From an uncultured Gemmatimonadales bacterium (lineage in GTDB: Bacteria > Gemmatimonadota > Gemmatimonadetes > Gemmatimonadales > Gemmatimonadaceae), in the NCBI GenBank assembly GCA_963850905.1, contig CAWKMU010000004.1, positions 192,001-256,000 on the forward strand: a stretch of 64,000 bases of DNA, read 5' to 3'. The translations under genes and the position numbers were made by a program. Shown here in pieces: positions 1 to 9,326 of this stretch (the stretch's first letter is position 1; each line of letters begins with the position of its first letter). The notes below the pieces were generated by a model, which had not been told where the DNA came from, made no database searches, and saw nothing but the letters and a program-made list of their open reading frames with translations.

Positions 1-2
1 CG

Positions 3-2106
3 CAGCTCTTCTCGTTCAACAGCCCCCGGGGCGCGTGCCCGACGTGTAATGGGTTCGGCGCCACGCTCGAGTACGATGAGCATCTCATTGTGCCGTACCC
101 GGACCGATCCCTCCGCGACGGCGCGATCGATCCCTGGACGAAACCTCGATACGACAAGCAGCGCCGAACGCTCGCGGATTTCGCCCGGCGGGAGGGCATT
201 CCCTTCGACGTGCCCTGGTCGGACCTGTCCGCAGCGCAGCGGCAGCGGCTGCTCACAGCGACTGGACGCGCCTACACCGGCATCCTCCCCTTCCTCCAAC
301 GGCTGGAGGACAAACGCTACAAGCAGTACATCCGCGTCTTTCTGCGGCAATACCAATCCGCGAACACGTGTCCGACGTGCCACGGCAGCAAGCTGTGTCC
401 GGAGGCGCTGCAGGTACGGATCGCGGGTCGCACGATCGCCGACGTCGCTGAGCTCCCCATCGAACAGCTGCTGGAATGGCTCGAGACGGTGCAGCTCTCG
501 CCGTTCGAGCTCGGTGTCGCGCAACACGTCCTGGAGGAAGCCCGCGCGCGTGTGCAATTCCTCTGCGATGTCGGACTGACATACCTGTCGTTGCATCGCT
601 CCGCACGCTCACTCTCCGGCGGTGAAGCGCAGCGTATCGCCCTGGCCAACTCCCTCGGCGCCAAGCTCGTGGACACGCTCTACGTGCTCGATGAGCCCTC
701 GATCGGCCTGCACCCGCGCGATATGGATCGTCTGCTCGCTCTGTTGCGGCGCCTGCGAGAGTCGGGCAACACGGTGCTCGTGGTGGAACACGACCCGCAG
801 GCCATCCGCCAGGCGGACTTCATGATCGAGCTGGGCCCGGGGAGCGGCGCCAATGGCGGCTACGTGGTCTTCAGCGGACCCATTGCCCGGATCGCGGAGA
901 GCCCCCTGACTGGCCAGTATCTCTCAGGTGTGCGGGAGATCCCGGTGCCGGCTGAGCGCCGACTGGCTGGGCCACGCTGGCTCCGGCTGCGCGGGCGCCC
1001 GGGCGCACAATCTCAAGGGAATCGATGTCTTGATCCCGCTTGGCACACTGACGGTGGTGACCGGAGTGTCGGGATCGGGCAAGAGCACGCTGGTCCATGA
1101 TGTATTGTATCGCGCCCTCGAGACGCATTTGCGTGGTGAGCATACCGCGAAGCAGCATCTCGGCGAACGGGTGGGCGACTATGATGAGCTGACGGGCGTC
1201 GATTCGCTGGACGATGTGGTGCTGATCGACCAGTCGCCGATCGGGCGATCACCACGCTCGAATCCCGTTACGTACGTGAAGGCCTTCGACGAGCTGCGCC
1301 GCCTGCTCGCCGCTACACCGCTTGCCAGACAGCGCGGCTACACGAGTGGGACGTTCAGCTTCAACGTGCCGGGTGGCCGCTGCGACGCGTGCGAGGGGGC
1401 TGGATACACGGAGATCGAGATGGTCTTCATGGCCGACGTGTTCGTGCCGTGCGAGATCTGCGCCGGCACGCGGTTCAAGCCAGAGGTCCTCGAGGTCACG
1501 CTGCGCGGTCTGAACGTGGCACAACTGCTCGAGCTCACGGTCGACGAGGCCATTCGATTGTTCCCGCTGGAAGAGCGCCTGACGTCGCTCCTGTGGCAGC
1601 TGCAGCGGGTGGGCCTGGGGTACCTGCGATTGGGCCAGCCGGCGACGACGTTGTCGGGCGGCGAAGCCCAGCGCATCAAGATCGCGCGCGAGCTCGCACA
1701 GGCGAGCCGTACGCATGGCCGGAAGCTCTACATCATGGACGAGCCGACGACCGGGCTACACCTCGAGGACATCCGCAAGCTCGCCGACGTCCTCGACCGT
1801 CTCGTCGATCAAGGACATACGGTCGTGCTCATCGAGCACAACCTCGACGTGATCAAGCTCGCCGACTGGATCATCGACCTGGGCCCGGACGCGGGTGACG
1901 CTGGCGGTCGCGTCGTCGCCATGGGGCCACCCGAAACGGTGGCAAATGTGGCTGGGTCCTACACTGGCGAGTGGCTCCGACCGCTGCTCCGCCTGGATGA
2001 ATCTCAGGCGAGGACGGATGTGCCGCGGGTGCCCCGGCGCGCTCACGCCCCCTTGGCCGCAGCGACGGCCAATGGTTTGCTTGACCCGCGTTCGGGCGCG
2101 ACCTAG
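3..2106 (+). CDS. uvrA: Excinuclease ABC subunit UvrA, 5'-partial, apparent +1 frameshift at about 993-995; possibly a second UvrA paralog
   Basis: Frame 3 reads QLFSFNSPRGACPTC...LSGGEAQR...YVLDEPSIGLH. The next frame continues ARAHNLK, GVSGSGKS, FSFNVPGGRCDACEG, LSGGEAQRIK, DEPTTGLH. Removing one G from GGG at 993-995 joins the two. Confidence 0.93.
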
Positions 2107-2109
2107 GTT
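2081..2109 (+). promoter_or_regulatory. Sigma70-type promoter for tRNA-Asn, inside the 3' end of uvrA
   Basis: TTGACC-17 nt-TAGGTT, ending 10 nt before the tRNA. Confidence 0.6.
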
Positions 2110-2119
2110 TTTAGGTTCT

Positions 2120-2192
2120 TCCCGAGTAGCTCAGTTGGTAGAGCAGGCGGCTGTTAACCGCCGGGTCGGGGGTTCGAGTCCCTCCTCGGGAG
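2120..2192 (+). tRNA. tRNA-Asn(GTT), no encoded CCA
   Basis: Acceptor TCCCGAG/CTCGGGA, D arm AGCTCAGTTGGTAGAGC, anticodon arm GGCGG-CTGTTAA-CCGCC, T loop GGTTCGAGTCC. Confidence 0.96.
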
Positions 2193-2227
2193 TTGTGCGA
2201 GAGTAGCGACTGAAGTGCTGATCCTAC

Positions 2228-2255
2228 AGGGGTTCCTTGCCGTCCGGGGACCCCT
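2228..2255. terminator. Stem-loop between convergent tRNA-Asn and DHFR-like gene
   Basis: AGGGGTTCC...GGGACCCCT inverted repeat; no long U tract. Confidence 0.45.
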
Positions 2256-2278
2256 CTCTCGTAGGCGTCGGCGCCGGG

Positions 2279-2920
2279 TCAGCGCTTGAGGAACTTGAAA
2301 TGCGTCACATTAGGCGCGGCGACGGTCTCCACGAGCTCGAGACCGCACAGGTCGTTCACACCCTCGAAGAGCCGGTCACCGCCGCCGAGGAGCACGGGGA
2401 CCTGGTGGATGCGCATCTCGTCCACGCGACCGGCCTTGAGATATTGCTGGCAGGTCTTGGCGCCGCCGGCGAGCGCGATGTCCTTGCCCTCCGCAGCGCG
2501 GCGCGCCTGCTCGAGCGCGGACTCGATCCCGTTCGTCACGAAGTGGAAGGTCGTGTCGCCCTCCATCGTGAGCGGCGCGCGCTCGTGGTGCGTGAGCACG
2601 AAAACCGGATGATGGAAGGGCGGGTTCTCCCCCCACCAGCCCCGCCACGGCTTTCTGGCGTCCCATCCGCTAGGCTGACCACCGAACATGTTGCGCCCCA
2701 TGATCGTCGCGCCAATGTTCGCGATCTCGGCGTCGACCACCCCCGAGCTCTCGTTGTCCTTGCCCCCAGCCAGACCATGCCGGGTCCTCCAGACGCGAAG
2801 GGCAACGACCCATTCATGGAGCCGTGCGCCACCGACGCCAAGCGGTTCCTTCAGGCTCTGGTTGGGTCCGGAAGTGTAGCCATCGAACGACATCGAGATT
2901 CGCAGGCGCAGCGTTGACAC
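2279..2920 (-). CDS. Dihydrofolate reductase-like / RibD C-terminal domain protein
   Basis: ISMSFDGY, IMGRNMFGG, WWGENPPFHHPVFVLTH, GGAKTCQQYL, PVLLGGG; GTG start preceded by GGAGA. Confidence 0.88.
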   Translation of the reverse strand: MSTLRLRISMSFDGYTSGPNQSLKEPLGVGGARLHEWVVALRVWRTRHGLAGGKDNESSGVVDAEIANIGATIMGRNMFGGQPSGWDARKPWRGWWGENPPFHHPVFVLTHHERAPLTMEGDTTFHFVTNGIESALEQARRAAEGKDIALAGGAKTCQQYLKAGRVDEMRIHQVPVLLGGGDRLFEGVNDLCGLELVETVAAPNVTHFKFLKR

Positions 2921-3104
2921 GTCAGGTCTCCAGGAAATGGTCGCGCCCCCCAGCCGCACCGACCGTGCCGCTCGACGGCGGCAAAGCCCGGCACTACGCC
3001 TTCGCGCGCGAGTGCACCGCATCGCTGCCGGTGGCGGTCATCTCCCCGACCGGTCATGTTTCCCCTGTGAACACATCGCTCGACTTGGTCAGGCTCGCCA
3101 GCAC

Positions 3105-3677
3105 GTGACTCCAGGTCGCCCAAGCCGCAGTACCAGTCCAGCGGGTCGTACGCGAGCGCCTGCCGCGTCCGCGGCTCCATCCGCCGTACGAGTGGGCGTC
3201 GTCATGGGGAGCCAGAGCGACTATCAACACCTCGGCGTCGCGTGCGATCTGCTGCGCGACCTGTCGGTCCCGTTCGAAGCGCGCGTCGTGTCGGCGCACC
3301 GCACACCGGACTGGCTCTTCCAGTATGCCGAGACCGCGGCGAGCCGCGGCTTGCACATTATCATTGCCGGTGCGGGAGGCGCCGCCCATCTCCCGGGCAT
3401 GATCGCAGCGAAGACTCTCGTGCCGGTCCTTGGCGTGCCGGTGCCTGCCACCCAGCTCAATGGGCTGGATGCGTTGCTCTCGATTGTGCAGATGCCCAAA
3501 GGCGTGCCGGTCGGTACGCTCGCGATCGGTGCGAGCGGCGCGGCAAACGCCGCTCTCTTCGCTGCGGAAATCCTGGCCCTCCACGACGCGTCCCTGCGCC
3601 AACGGCTGCAAGCCTGGCGCGACGCACGCCGCGACGAAGTCCTTGCCCAAACGCTGCCACCCGCGTCCTCGCGCTGA
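3105..3677 (+). CDS. purE: N5-CAIR mutase PurE (start uncertain)
   Basis: VMGSQSD, VSAHRTPD, IAGAGGAAHLPGM, SIVQMPKGVPVGT. Confidence 0.96.
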   Translation: MTPGRPSRSTSPAGRTRAPAASAAPSAVRVGVVMGSQSDYQHLGVACDLLRDLSVPFEARVVSAHRTPDWLFQYAETAASRGLHIIIAGAGGAAHLPGMIAAKTLVPVLGVPVPATQLNGLDALLSIVQMPKGVPVGTLAIGASGAANAALFAAEILALHDASLRQRLQAWRDARRDEVLAQTLPPASSR

Positions 3678-3743
3678 CCCCGCAGTGCGCCGAGACCGCT
3701 CGGCGCTCGGGACGCGACAGTCGCGGCGCATACGAACCGCGCC

Positions 3744-4913
3744 GTGAGTCATCGCCCGATCGTTCCTGGTGCTACGATCGGCTTTCTCGGCGGCGGCCAG
3801 CTCGGACGCATGGCGGCGCTGGCCGCGCGAGAGATGGGCTACGACGTGCGCGTGTTCGACCCGGATCCAGCGTGCCCTGCATGCGCGGTGGCGACCAGCG
3901 TCGTGACCGGACACTTCGACGATGTCGACGCAATGACGCAGTTGGCGCGGGACTCGGACGTCGTGACCATCGAGATCGAGCGAGTCGCGGTTGCCGGCCT
4001 CGCCGCCGCCGCCGCGTTTGCCCCCGTGCGCCCGGATGCGGCAGTGCTCGAGATCGTGCAGCATCGCGAGCGACAGAAGAATTGGCTCGTCGCTCACGGA
4101 TTTCCCGTTGGCCCCTTCCTCGCCGTCGGTAGCGCCGCGGAATGCAAGCGCGCAGTCGACGCGTTCGGCCCGTCCTACATCAAGGCGTCGACCGGTGGCT
4201 ACGATGGACGGGGCCAGGTCCGCGTCCATCGCGCGGCCGAGTGCGCAGCGGCATGGCAGGCACTGCGCGCCGAACGGTGTGTCGTCGAGCGTGCACTCGA
4301 TCTCGAAGCCGAGATTTCCGTCATGGTCGCCCGTCGCCCGTCGGGCCAATCGGCGAGCTTTCCGGTCGCCCTCAACCACCACGACGCCGGTCAGCTGGCC
4401 TGGTCGGTCATCCCCGCGCCGATCGACGCCGCGGTGGCGGGCGTAGCGCGCGAGATGGGGACGGCCATCGCAGACGCCTTGCAGGTCGTCGGCCTTCTGG
4501 CGATCGAGATGTTCGTGCTTGCGTCGGGCGAGGTTCTCATCAACGAGTTGGCACCGCGACCACACAACAGCTTCCACCACACGATCGAAGGCTGCGTCAC
4601 GAGCCAGTTCGAGCAGCTGATTCGCGCAGTGTGCGATCTGCCGCTGGGCGCAACCGACGTCGTGCGACCCGCCGCGATCGCCAATATCCTGGGTGATGCG
4701 TGGTCACATCCGGACGGCCCGGACTTCACAGCCGCGCTCGCCGTCCCTGCAACGAGGATCCACCTCTACGGCAAGCGCGACCCGCGGCCCGCCCGGAAGA
4801 TGGGCCACCTGGCAGCCGTAGCGGACACGCCGCTCGAGGCGAGGGCCCGCGCCCTGGAGGCGCTCGGTAGACTGAAGAGGATCGGGACGGGCGCTTCGCG
4901 CCCGAGAGAGTAG
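3744..4913 (+). CDS. purK: N5-CAIR synthetase PurK
   Basis: GGGQLGRM, GGYDGRGQ, NELAPRPHNS, LYGK...RKMGH; follows purE. Confidence 0.95.
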   Translation: MSHRPIVPGATIGFLGGGQLGRMAALAAREMGYDVRVFDPDPACPACAVATSVVTGHFDDVDAMTQLARDSDVVTIEIERVAVAGLAAAAAFAPVRPDAAVLEIVQHRERQKNWLVAHGFPVGPFLAVGSAAECKRAVDAFGPSYIKASTGGYDGRGQVRVHRAAECAAAWQALRAERCVVERALDLEAEISVMVARRPSGQSASFPVALNHHDAGQLAWSVIPAPIDAAVAGVAREMGTAIADALQVVGLLAIEMFVLASGEVLINELAPRPHNSFHHTIEGCVTSQFEQLIRAVCDLPLGATDVVRPAAIANILGDAWSHPDGPDFTAALAVPATRIHLYGKRDPRPARKMGHLAAVADTPLEARARALEALGRLKRIGTGASRPRE

Positions 4914-4990
4914 CGGGGCAGTAGAAAGTAGACGGCGGCTTCGAGTCGTGGCTCCTGTCTACTCTCTACTTTCCGTGGGTCTACTTTCTC
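4910..4990. repeat. Inverted heptamer repeat element (AGTAGAA / TCTACTT type) between convergent genes
   Basis: AGTAGAAAGTAGAC on the left; GTCTACTCTCTACTTTC and GTCTACTTTCT on the right. Confidence 0.7.
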
Positions 4991-5008
4991 GGGCGCGCAG
5001 CGCCCGCC

Positions 5009-5758
5009 TCACCCCGCCGCGGCCGCCGACAACCCGCCGAACCGCCGCTCGCGCCGGTGAAATTCTGCGACCGCGCGCGACAACTCGCCCCCGTCGAACT
5101 CCGGCCACAAGCGGGGCGTGAAGTAGAGCTCGGCGTACGCGCACTCCCACAACAGGAAGTCGCTGAGACGCTGATCACCACCGGTGCGGACCAGCAAGTC
5201 GACGTCGCTCGCCGGCTGGCTGTGGTCGTGCGCGGCAAGCAACGAACTGAACTCGTCGCGCGTTGGCGGCCGCGGTCCTCGCCACGCATCGGCCGCGCGC
5301 AGAATCGCGTCGCGCGCCGAGTAGTCGATCGCCACCCGTAGCCACAGCCGCCGGCCGCCAGCGGTCGATTGCTCCGCCGCTTCGATCGCGTGGCGCAGGC
5401 CGGCCGGCAGCCGGTCGCGCCGTCCGATGATCGACAGCCGCACCCCGTTCGCCACGCAGCGATCGACCTCCGTCCCGATGCCGCGGCGCATGAGCCGGAG
5501 CAGCGCACTCACCTCGCTGCTGGGTCGGCTCCAGTTGTCGGAGGAGAAGGCATAGACAGTCAATGTCCCCACGCCAACGGCCGGTGCGGCTTCGACGGCT
5601 CGACGGAGTGCGGCCACGCCGGCGGCGTGGCCGGCAGAGCGCGGTCGCGCCCGGGCGGTCGCCCAGCGGCCGTTGCCGTCCATGATGACTGCGACATGCA
5701 AGCCCTGCGGCGCAGGCACCATCGGCGAAGTACTTTGCAGCACGAAGTCAGTCTCCAA
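5009..5758 (-). CDS. uppS: cis-prenyltransferase (UppS family); start TTG 5758 or ATG 5722
   Basis: HVAVIMDGNGRWA, YAFSSDNWSR, DLLVRTGGDQRLSDFLLW, RERRFGG. Confidence 0.92.
   Translation of the reverse strand: METDFVLQSTSPMVPAPQGLHVAVIMDGNGRWATARARPRSAGHAAGVAALRRAVEAAPAVGVGTLTVYAFSSDNWSRPSSEVSALLRLMRRGIGTEVDRCVANGVRLSIIGRRDRLPAGLRHAIEAAEQSTAGGRRLWLRVAIDYSARDAILRAADAWRGPRPPTRDEFSSLLAAHDHSQPASDVDLLVRTGGDQRLSDFLLWECAYAELYFTPRLWPEFDGGELSRAVAEFHRRERRFGGLSAAAAG
5726..5748. promoter_or_regulatory. Candidate operator: CGAAGT-ACTTTG-CAGCA-CGAAGT
   Basis: Imperfect palindrome ACTTTG-N5-CGAAGT plus an abutting half-site, at the 5' end of uppS and directly downstream of a wHTH regulator gene. Confidence 0.5.
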
Positions 5759-5776
5759 AAAAAAGTGGGCGTGGCG

Positions 5777-6169
5777 CTAGCGTTCGCGGGTCGCCTGAAT
5801 GAGGGCCTCCATGTGCTCCAGGTACCGCTCGAGCGCCCGGCGGCCGGAGGCCGTGAGCCGGTACTCCGTCCGCGGCACCCGACCGGCGAACGTCTTCGAG
5901 CACGCGATGTAACCGGCCTCTTCGAGCCGCCGCGCGTGCACGCTGAGGTTCCCGTCGGTCGCGCGCACGAGTTGCTTCAGCTCATTGAACGTGAGCGCGG
6001 TATTGACCGCCAGAGCACTCACGATCCCGAGACGCAGCCGCTCATGAATGATGCGGTCGAGCGAGGACGACGCCCGCGCCGCCGCACGACCGCCGACACG
6101 CCCGGTCATCGGCCGCGCATCCCCCGCATCTCGATCGCGATGCCTGGCGACTCCTGAAGTCTTAGCCAC
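5777..6169 (-). CDS. Winged-helix transcriptional regulator (HTH_34 / MarR-like)
   Basis: LDRIIHERLRLGIVSAL, TDGNLSVHARRLEEAGY, PRTEYRLT; GGAGG RBS; start overlaps the upstream stop codon. Confidence 0.88.
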   Translation of the reverse strand: MAKTSGVARHRDRDAGDARPMTGRVGGRAAARASSSLDRIIHERLRLGIVSALAVNTALTFNELKQLVRATDGNLSVHARRLEEAGYIACSKTFAGRVPRTEYRLTASGRRALERYLEHMEALIQATRER

Positions 6170-6785
6170 CGTACCTCCGCGCAATAGCGATTCCAAATCC
6201 AATGTGGAGCAACCCAAAGCCCAGACCCAGCTCCAACCAACCCCACGCTGGCGGCACCACTAGGGAGACGGCGCCGAGGGCCATAAAGCAAAGTCCCATC
6301 ACCGGGACGATCGGTACCGAGAATGTACCCCCGCAAACGACGGCGGTGCCATAGAGCAACAACCACACCGCGGGCAACACGCCGTCCAGGCCTGCGCGGT
6401 AGAGTGCCCATGTGAGCAACGCGCCGACGACGATCGGCGGCGCGAACCCGAGCGCAAACTTGCGAGCCGGTCCGCTCAAGAGCGGCGTGCGAGAGGCCCG
6501 AGCTTTGTGGACGATGGCGGAGCCTCCGACCGCGGCGCCGAGCACCGCCGCGGCCAGCCACATCGCGAGCCACTCATTGCGCGAGCGTTGCACCGACGCA
6601 GCAGCCGCCGCACCGATCGCGAGCATCCCCATGGCAACCATGCCGCGGCCCGAGATCGCCGTGAATGCGCTCGCCCGCTCCATCGTGTCCCGGATGAACT
6701 GCAGGTTGTCGAGCGCCCGAACGTGCAACGGTCGCGTCACCGATTCGGTGTCGACGGACGGAGGTGAGAGGCGCTCCAGGGACAC
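6162..6785 (-). CDS. Conserved multi-TM membrane protein (start uncertain)
   Basis: RALDNLQFIRDTMERA, about 6 hydrophobic segments, FGLLHIGFGIAIARRYGG; coupled to the wHTH gene. Confidence 0.75.
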   Translation of the reverse strand: MSLERLSPPSVDTESVTRPLHVRALDNLQFIRDTMERASAFTAISGRGMVAMGMLAIGAAAAASVQRSRNEWLAMWLAAAVLGAAVGGSAIVHKARASRTPLLSGPARKFALGFAPPIVVGALLTWALYRAGLDGVLPAVWLLLYGTAVVCGGTFSVPIVPVMGLCFMALGAVSLVVPPAWGWLELGLGFGLLHIGFGIAIARRYGG

Positions 6786-6841
6786 GCAGCGCAAGTTACT
6801 GTCGCCCTCACGAACCGCTATGGCCATCGACATATTTCGTT

Positions 6842-7957
6842 GTGCCACCGTCCGACATCGCCCCGTTGGCGGGCCACCACGGCCTGCGGACGCGCCTCGT
6901 CCGAGCCGTTGATCGCGGGTCCCTCCCGGGGAGCCTCCTGTTCCACGGCCCTCCGGGAGTCGGCAAGCAGCGGCTCGCGTTGTGGCTCGCGCAACGCCTG
7001 CTGTGCACCGGCGCGCCGTCTGGCGGACAGAGCAGGCCCGTCGAGCCTTGTGGCGGCTGCCCGGCCTGTCGGTTCTCGACGCCGCTGCTCCACCCCGATC
7101 TTCACTGGGTCTTCCCGAGACCCCGCAGTAAAGACCCCGACATGGCGCCGGCGGACGTTCGTCGCGAATACGCCGAGGCGATAGCCGAACGAGTACGCGG
7201 TCACCTGTTGTATGGTCCGGCCGACGGCGCCGACGCGATCTACGTTGCCACCGTTCGCGCGCTCGTCCATGCCGCAGCGCTCACCCCTGCGATGGGTTCT
7301 CGCAAGGTCATCGTGGTAGGGAACGCCGAGCGCATGGTGCCGCAGGAAGGCGCCGACGCCGCGGCAAACGCGTTTCTCAAGATGCTCGAGGAGCCGACGC
7401 CGGATCTCACGATCATTCTGACATCGAGCGCCCCGGGCGCACTGCTGCCGACGATTCGATCGCGCGTCGTCGCCGTGCGTGTGCCGCGCCTTCCAGAGCA
7501 AGACGTGACAACCTGGGTGCGCGACAAATGGGTTCGCGCCGCCCTGGACAGTGCAGGCATGAAGGGCGCCGACGAGGAGCGGGCCCGTCGCGCCGCGGGC
7601 GCCCCGGGGACGTTGCTGGGCGCAGCCGAGTCCGGCGCCGCCGCGACCACGGCTCGAGCGCTAGTTGACGCGGCTACCCGCCGCCAACGTGCCCTCCAAT
7701 ACGCCACTGCCCTGCGCCAGGGGTCGGCGGGCGCACGAGGGGCCTTCGCTGACGCCCTGAATGGGCTGACCGCGGTGCTCCACGCACAACTCCGCTCAGC
7801 CGTCGATCGGCAAGACGTCGCGCTGGCCCGTGCGACGTGCCTGGCCATTGCGGATGTCGAAAGCGCGAAGCTGCGGACGGATGGGAATGCCAATCCCCAG
7901 CTCGTCACCGGACAGCTGGTGAGGAGTATGGCGACCGCATTCGGGGCCCAGCCATGA
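6842..7957 (+). CDS. holB: DNA polymerase III subunit delta'
   Basis: LLFHGPPGVGK, C...PCGGCPAC zinc motif, HPDLH, AANAFLKMLEEP, LLPTIRSR. Confidence 0.88.
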   Translation: MPPSDIAPLAGHHGLRTRLVRAVDRGSLPGSLLFHGPPGVGKQRLALWLAQRLLCTGAPSGGQSRPVEPCGGCPACRFSTPLLHPDLHWVFPRPRSKDPDMAPADVRREYAEAIAERVRGHLLYGPADGADAIYVATVRALVHAAALTPAMGSRKVIVVGNAERMVPQEGADAAANAFLKMLEEPTPDLTIILTSSAPGALLPTIRSRVVAVRVPRLPEQDVTTWVRDKWVRAALDSAGMKGADEERARRAAGAPGTLLGAAESGAAATTARALVDAATRRQRALQYATALRQGSAGARGAFADALNGLTAVLHAQLRSAVDRQDVALARATCLAIADVESAKLRTDGNANPQLVTGQLVRSMATAFGAQP

Positions 7958-8490
7958 GCGGAGGCTCGCGGCAGTCCGGGAGTCGCCGGGGGCGCTCGAA
8001 GGCAGCCCCCTCCTCGCCGCGGCTGTCGCACGTTGGGCCTACCGGGAAGGCCCAGATGGTCGATGTGACCCCCAAAGCCGACACGGCACGTGTCGCCCGC
8101 GCCACAGGTTCGATACAAATGGCCGCGACGACCCTACAAACCATCGTCACAAATAGTGTCAAAAAGGGCGACGTGCTGACGGTCGCCCGAGTGGCTGGCA
8201 TCATGGCAGCCAAGCGGGCCTCCGACCTCATTCCGCTGTGCCACCCCATCCCCCTGACCGACGTACAAGTGACGCTGTCGAGCGACGATGCACTGCCAGG
8301 CCTGCGCGTCGAGGCGACCGTGCGGACTGTCGGAAAGACAGGAGTTGAGATGGAGGCGCTGACGGCCGCCGCCGTGACCCTTATCACCGTTTACGACATG
8401 GCCAAGGGTGTAGATAAGGCCATGGTCATTTCGGACGTCCGCCTCGAGGAGAAGGGTGGCGGGCGGAGCGGCCATTGGAGGCGCCAATGA
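7954..8490 (+). CDS. moaC: Cyclic pyranopterin monophosphate synthase MoaC
   Basis: LSH...MVDV, KKGDVL, LIPLCHP, TGVEMEALT, YDMAK; ATGA overlap with holB. Confidence 0.95.
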   Translation: MSGGSRQSGSRRGRSKAAPSSPRLSHVGPTGKAQMVDVTPKADTARVARATGSIQMAATTLQTIVTNSVKKGDVLTVARVAGIMAAKRASDLIPLCHPIPLTDVQVTLSSDDALPGLRVEATVRTVGKTGVEMEALTAAAVTLITVYDMAKGVDKAMVISDVRLEEKGGGRSGHWRRQ

Positions 8491-8537
8491 GCACCTGGCG
8501 CCTGGCACGGCCGTTGCCGCCCAATAGGGCATCACCA

Positions 8538-8560
8538 GAGGCCCCCTCAGGGGGGTCTTC
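8538..8560 (+). terminator. GC stem-loop after moaC
   Basis: GAGGCCCCC-TCAG-GGGGGTCTTC. Confidence 0.4.
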
Positions 8561-8612
8561 GGGCGTGCGATGCCCGTCTCGTACGTTGACCTTCTTGGCC
8601 AGGGCGAGGCGA

Positions 8613-9314
8613 ATGCACACCTTGCGTGGGACCTATGTACGCCGCGGCGATGCTGCCCGGAGACGCGCTCGAGCCCGACAAGTGATCGTCGGGCTTGCCG
8701 TAGCCGTGCTGGCCGTCGTGCTCGTGCTGAGCCGCCGCCTCCCCGAGGCACGCGCTGGTGAGGCGTCCCTGCCACTGTTCGACTTCGGCTCGGGCCTTGG
8801 TTCGCAGCACCTTCGGGACGAGCTCAATGCCACCAAGGGACAGTTGGACTTGGCGAACGCCCAGCTGGAACGACTCAACGCGGTGGTCGGGTACTCGAGC
8901 CGATATCGCATCGGTGCCGATCTCGCTGGCTCGATCTACGACGTCGCGCTGGCCGAAGGGATCGAGCCCGAGCTCGCCTTTCGTCTCGTCAAGGTCGAGA
9001 GTGACTTCAACGAGCACGCGAGCAGTTCGGCAGGCGCGCTCGGACTGACGCAAGTCATGTTGCCAACCGCGCAGTTCTTTGTGCCCGGCATCACCCGGGA
9101 CGGCCTGTACCAGCGGGAGACCAACCTGCGGGTTGGGCTACGATATCTGCGCACGCTCGTTCGCGAGTACCACGGCGACCTCCGCCTCGCACTGCTTGTC
9201 TATAACCGCGGCGAGCTGGCGGTCGACCTCTCTCGCGAGCAGGGCCTCGATCCCTCCAACGGCTACGAACGGCTCGTGATGAAGGGCTATCGCGGGACGG
9301 GGATTATTAACTGA
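8613..9314 (+). CDS. Membrane-anchored lytic transglycosylase (SLT domain)
   Basis: N-terminal TM, short coiled coil, VESDF catalytic Glu motif, GLTQVM, NLRVGLRYL, YNRG. Confidence 0.88.
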   Translation: MHTLRGTYVRRGDAARRRARARQVIVGLAVAVLAVVLVLSRRLPEARAGEASLPLFDFGSGLGSQHLRDELNATKGQLDLANAQLERLNAVVGYSSRYRIGADLAGSIYDVALAEGIEPELAFRLVKVESDFNEHASSSAGALGLTQVMLPTAQFFVPGITRDGLYQRETNLRVGLRYLRTLVREYHGDLRLALLVYNRGELAVDLSREQGLDPSNGYERLVMKGYRGTGIIN

Positions 9315-9326
9315 TCGGGTTCCGGG

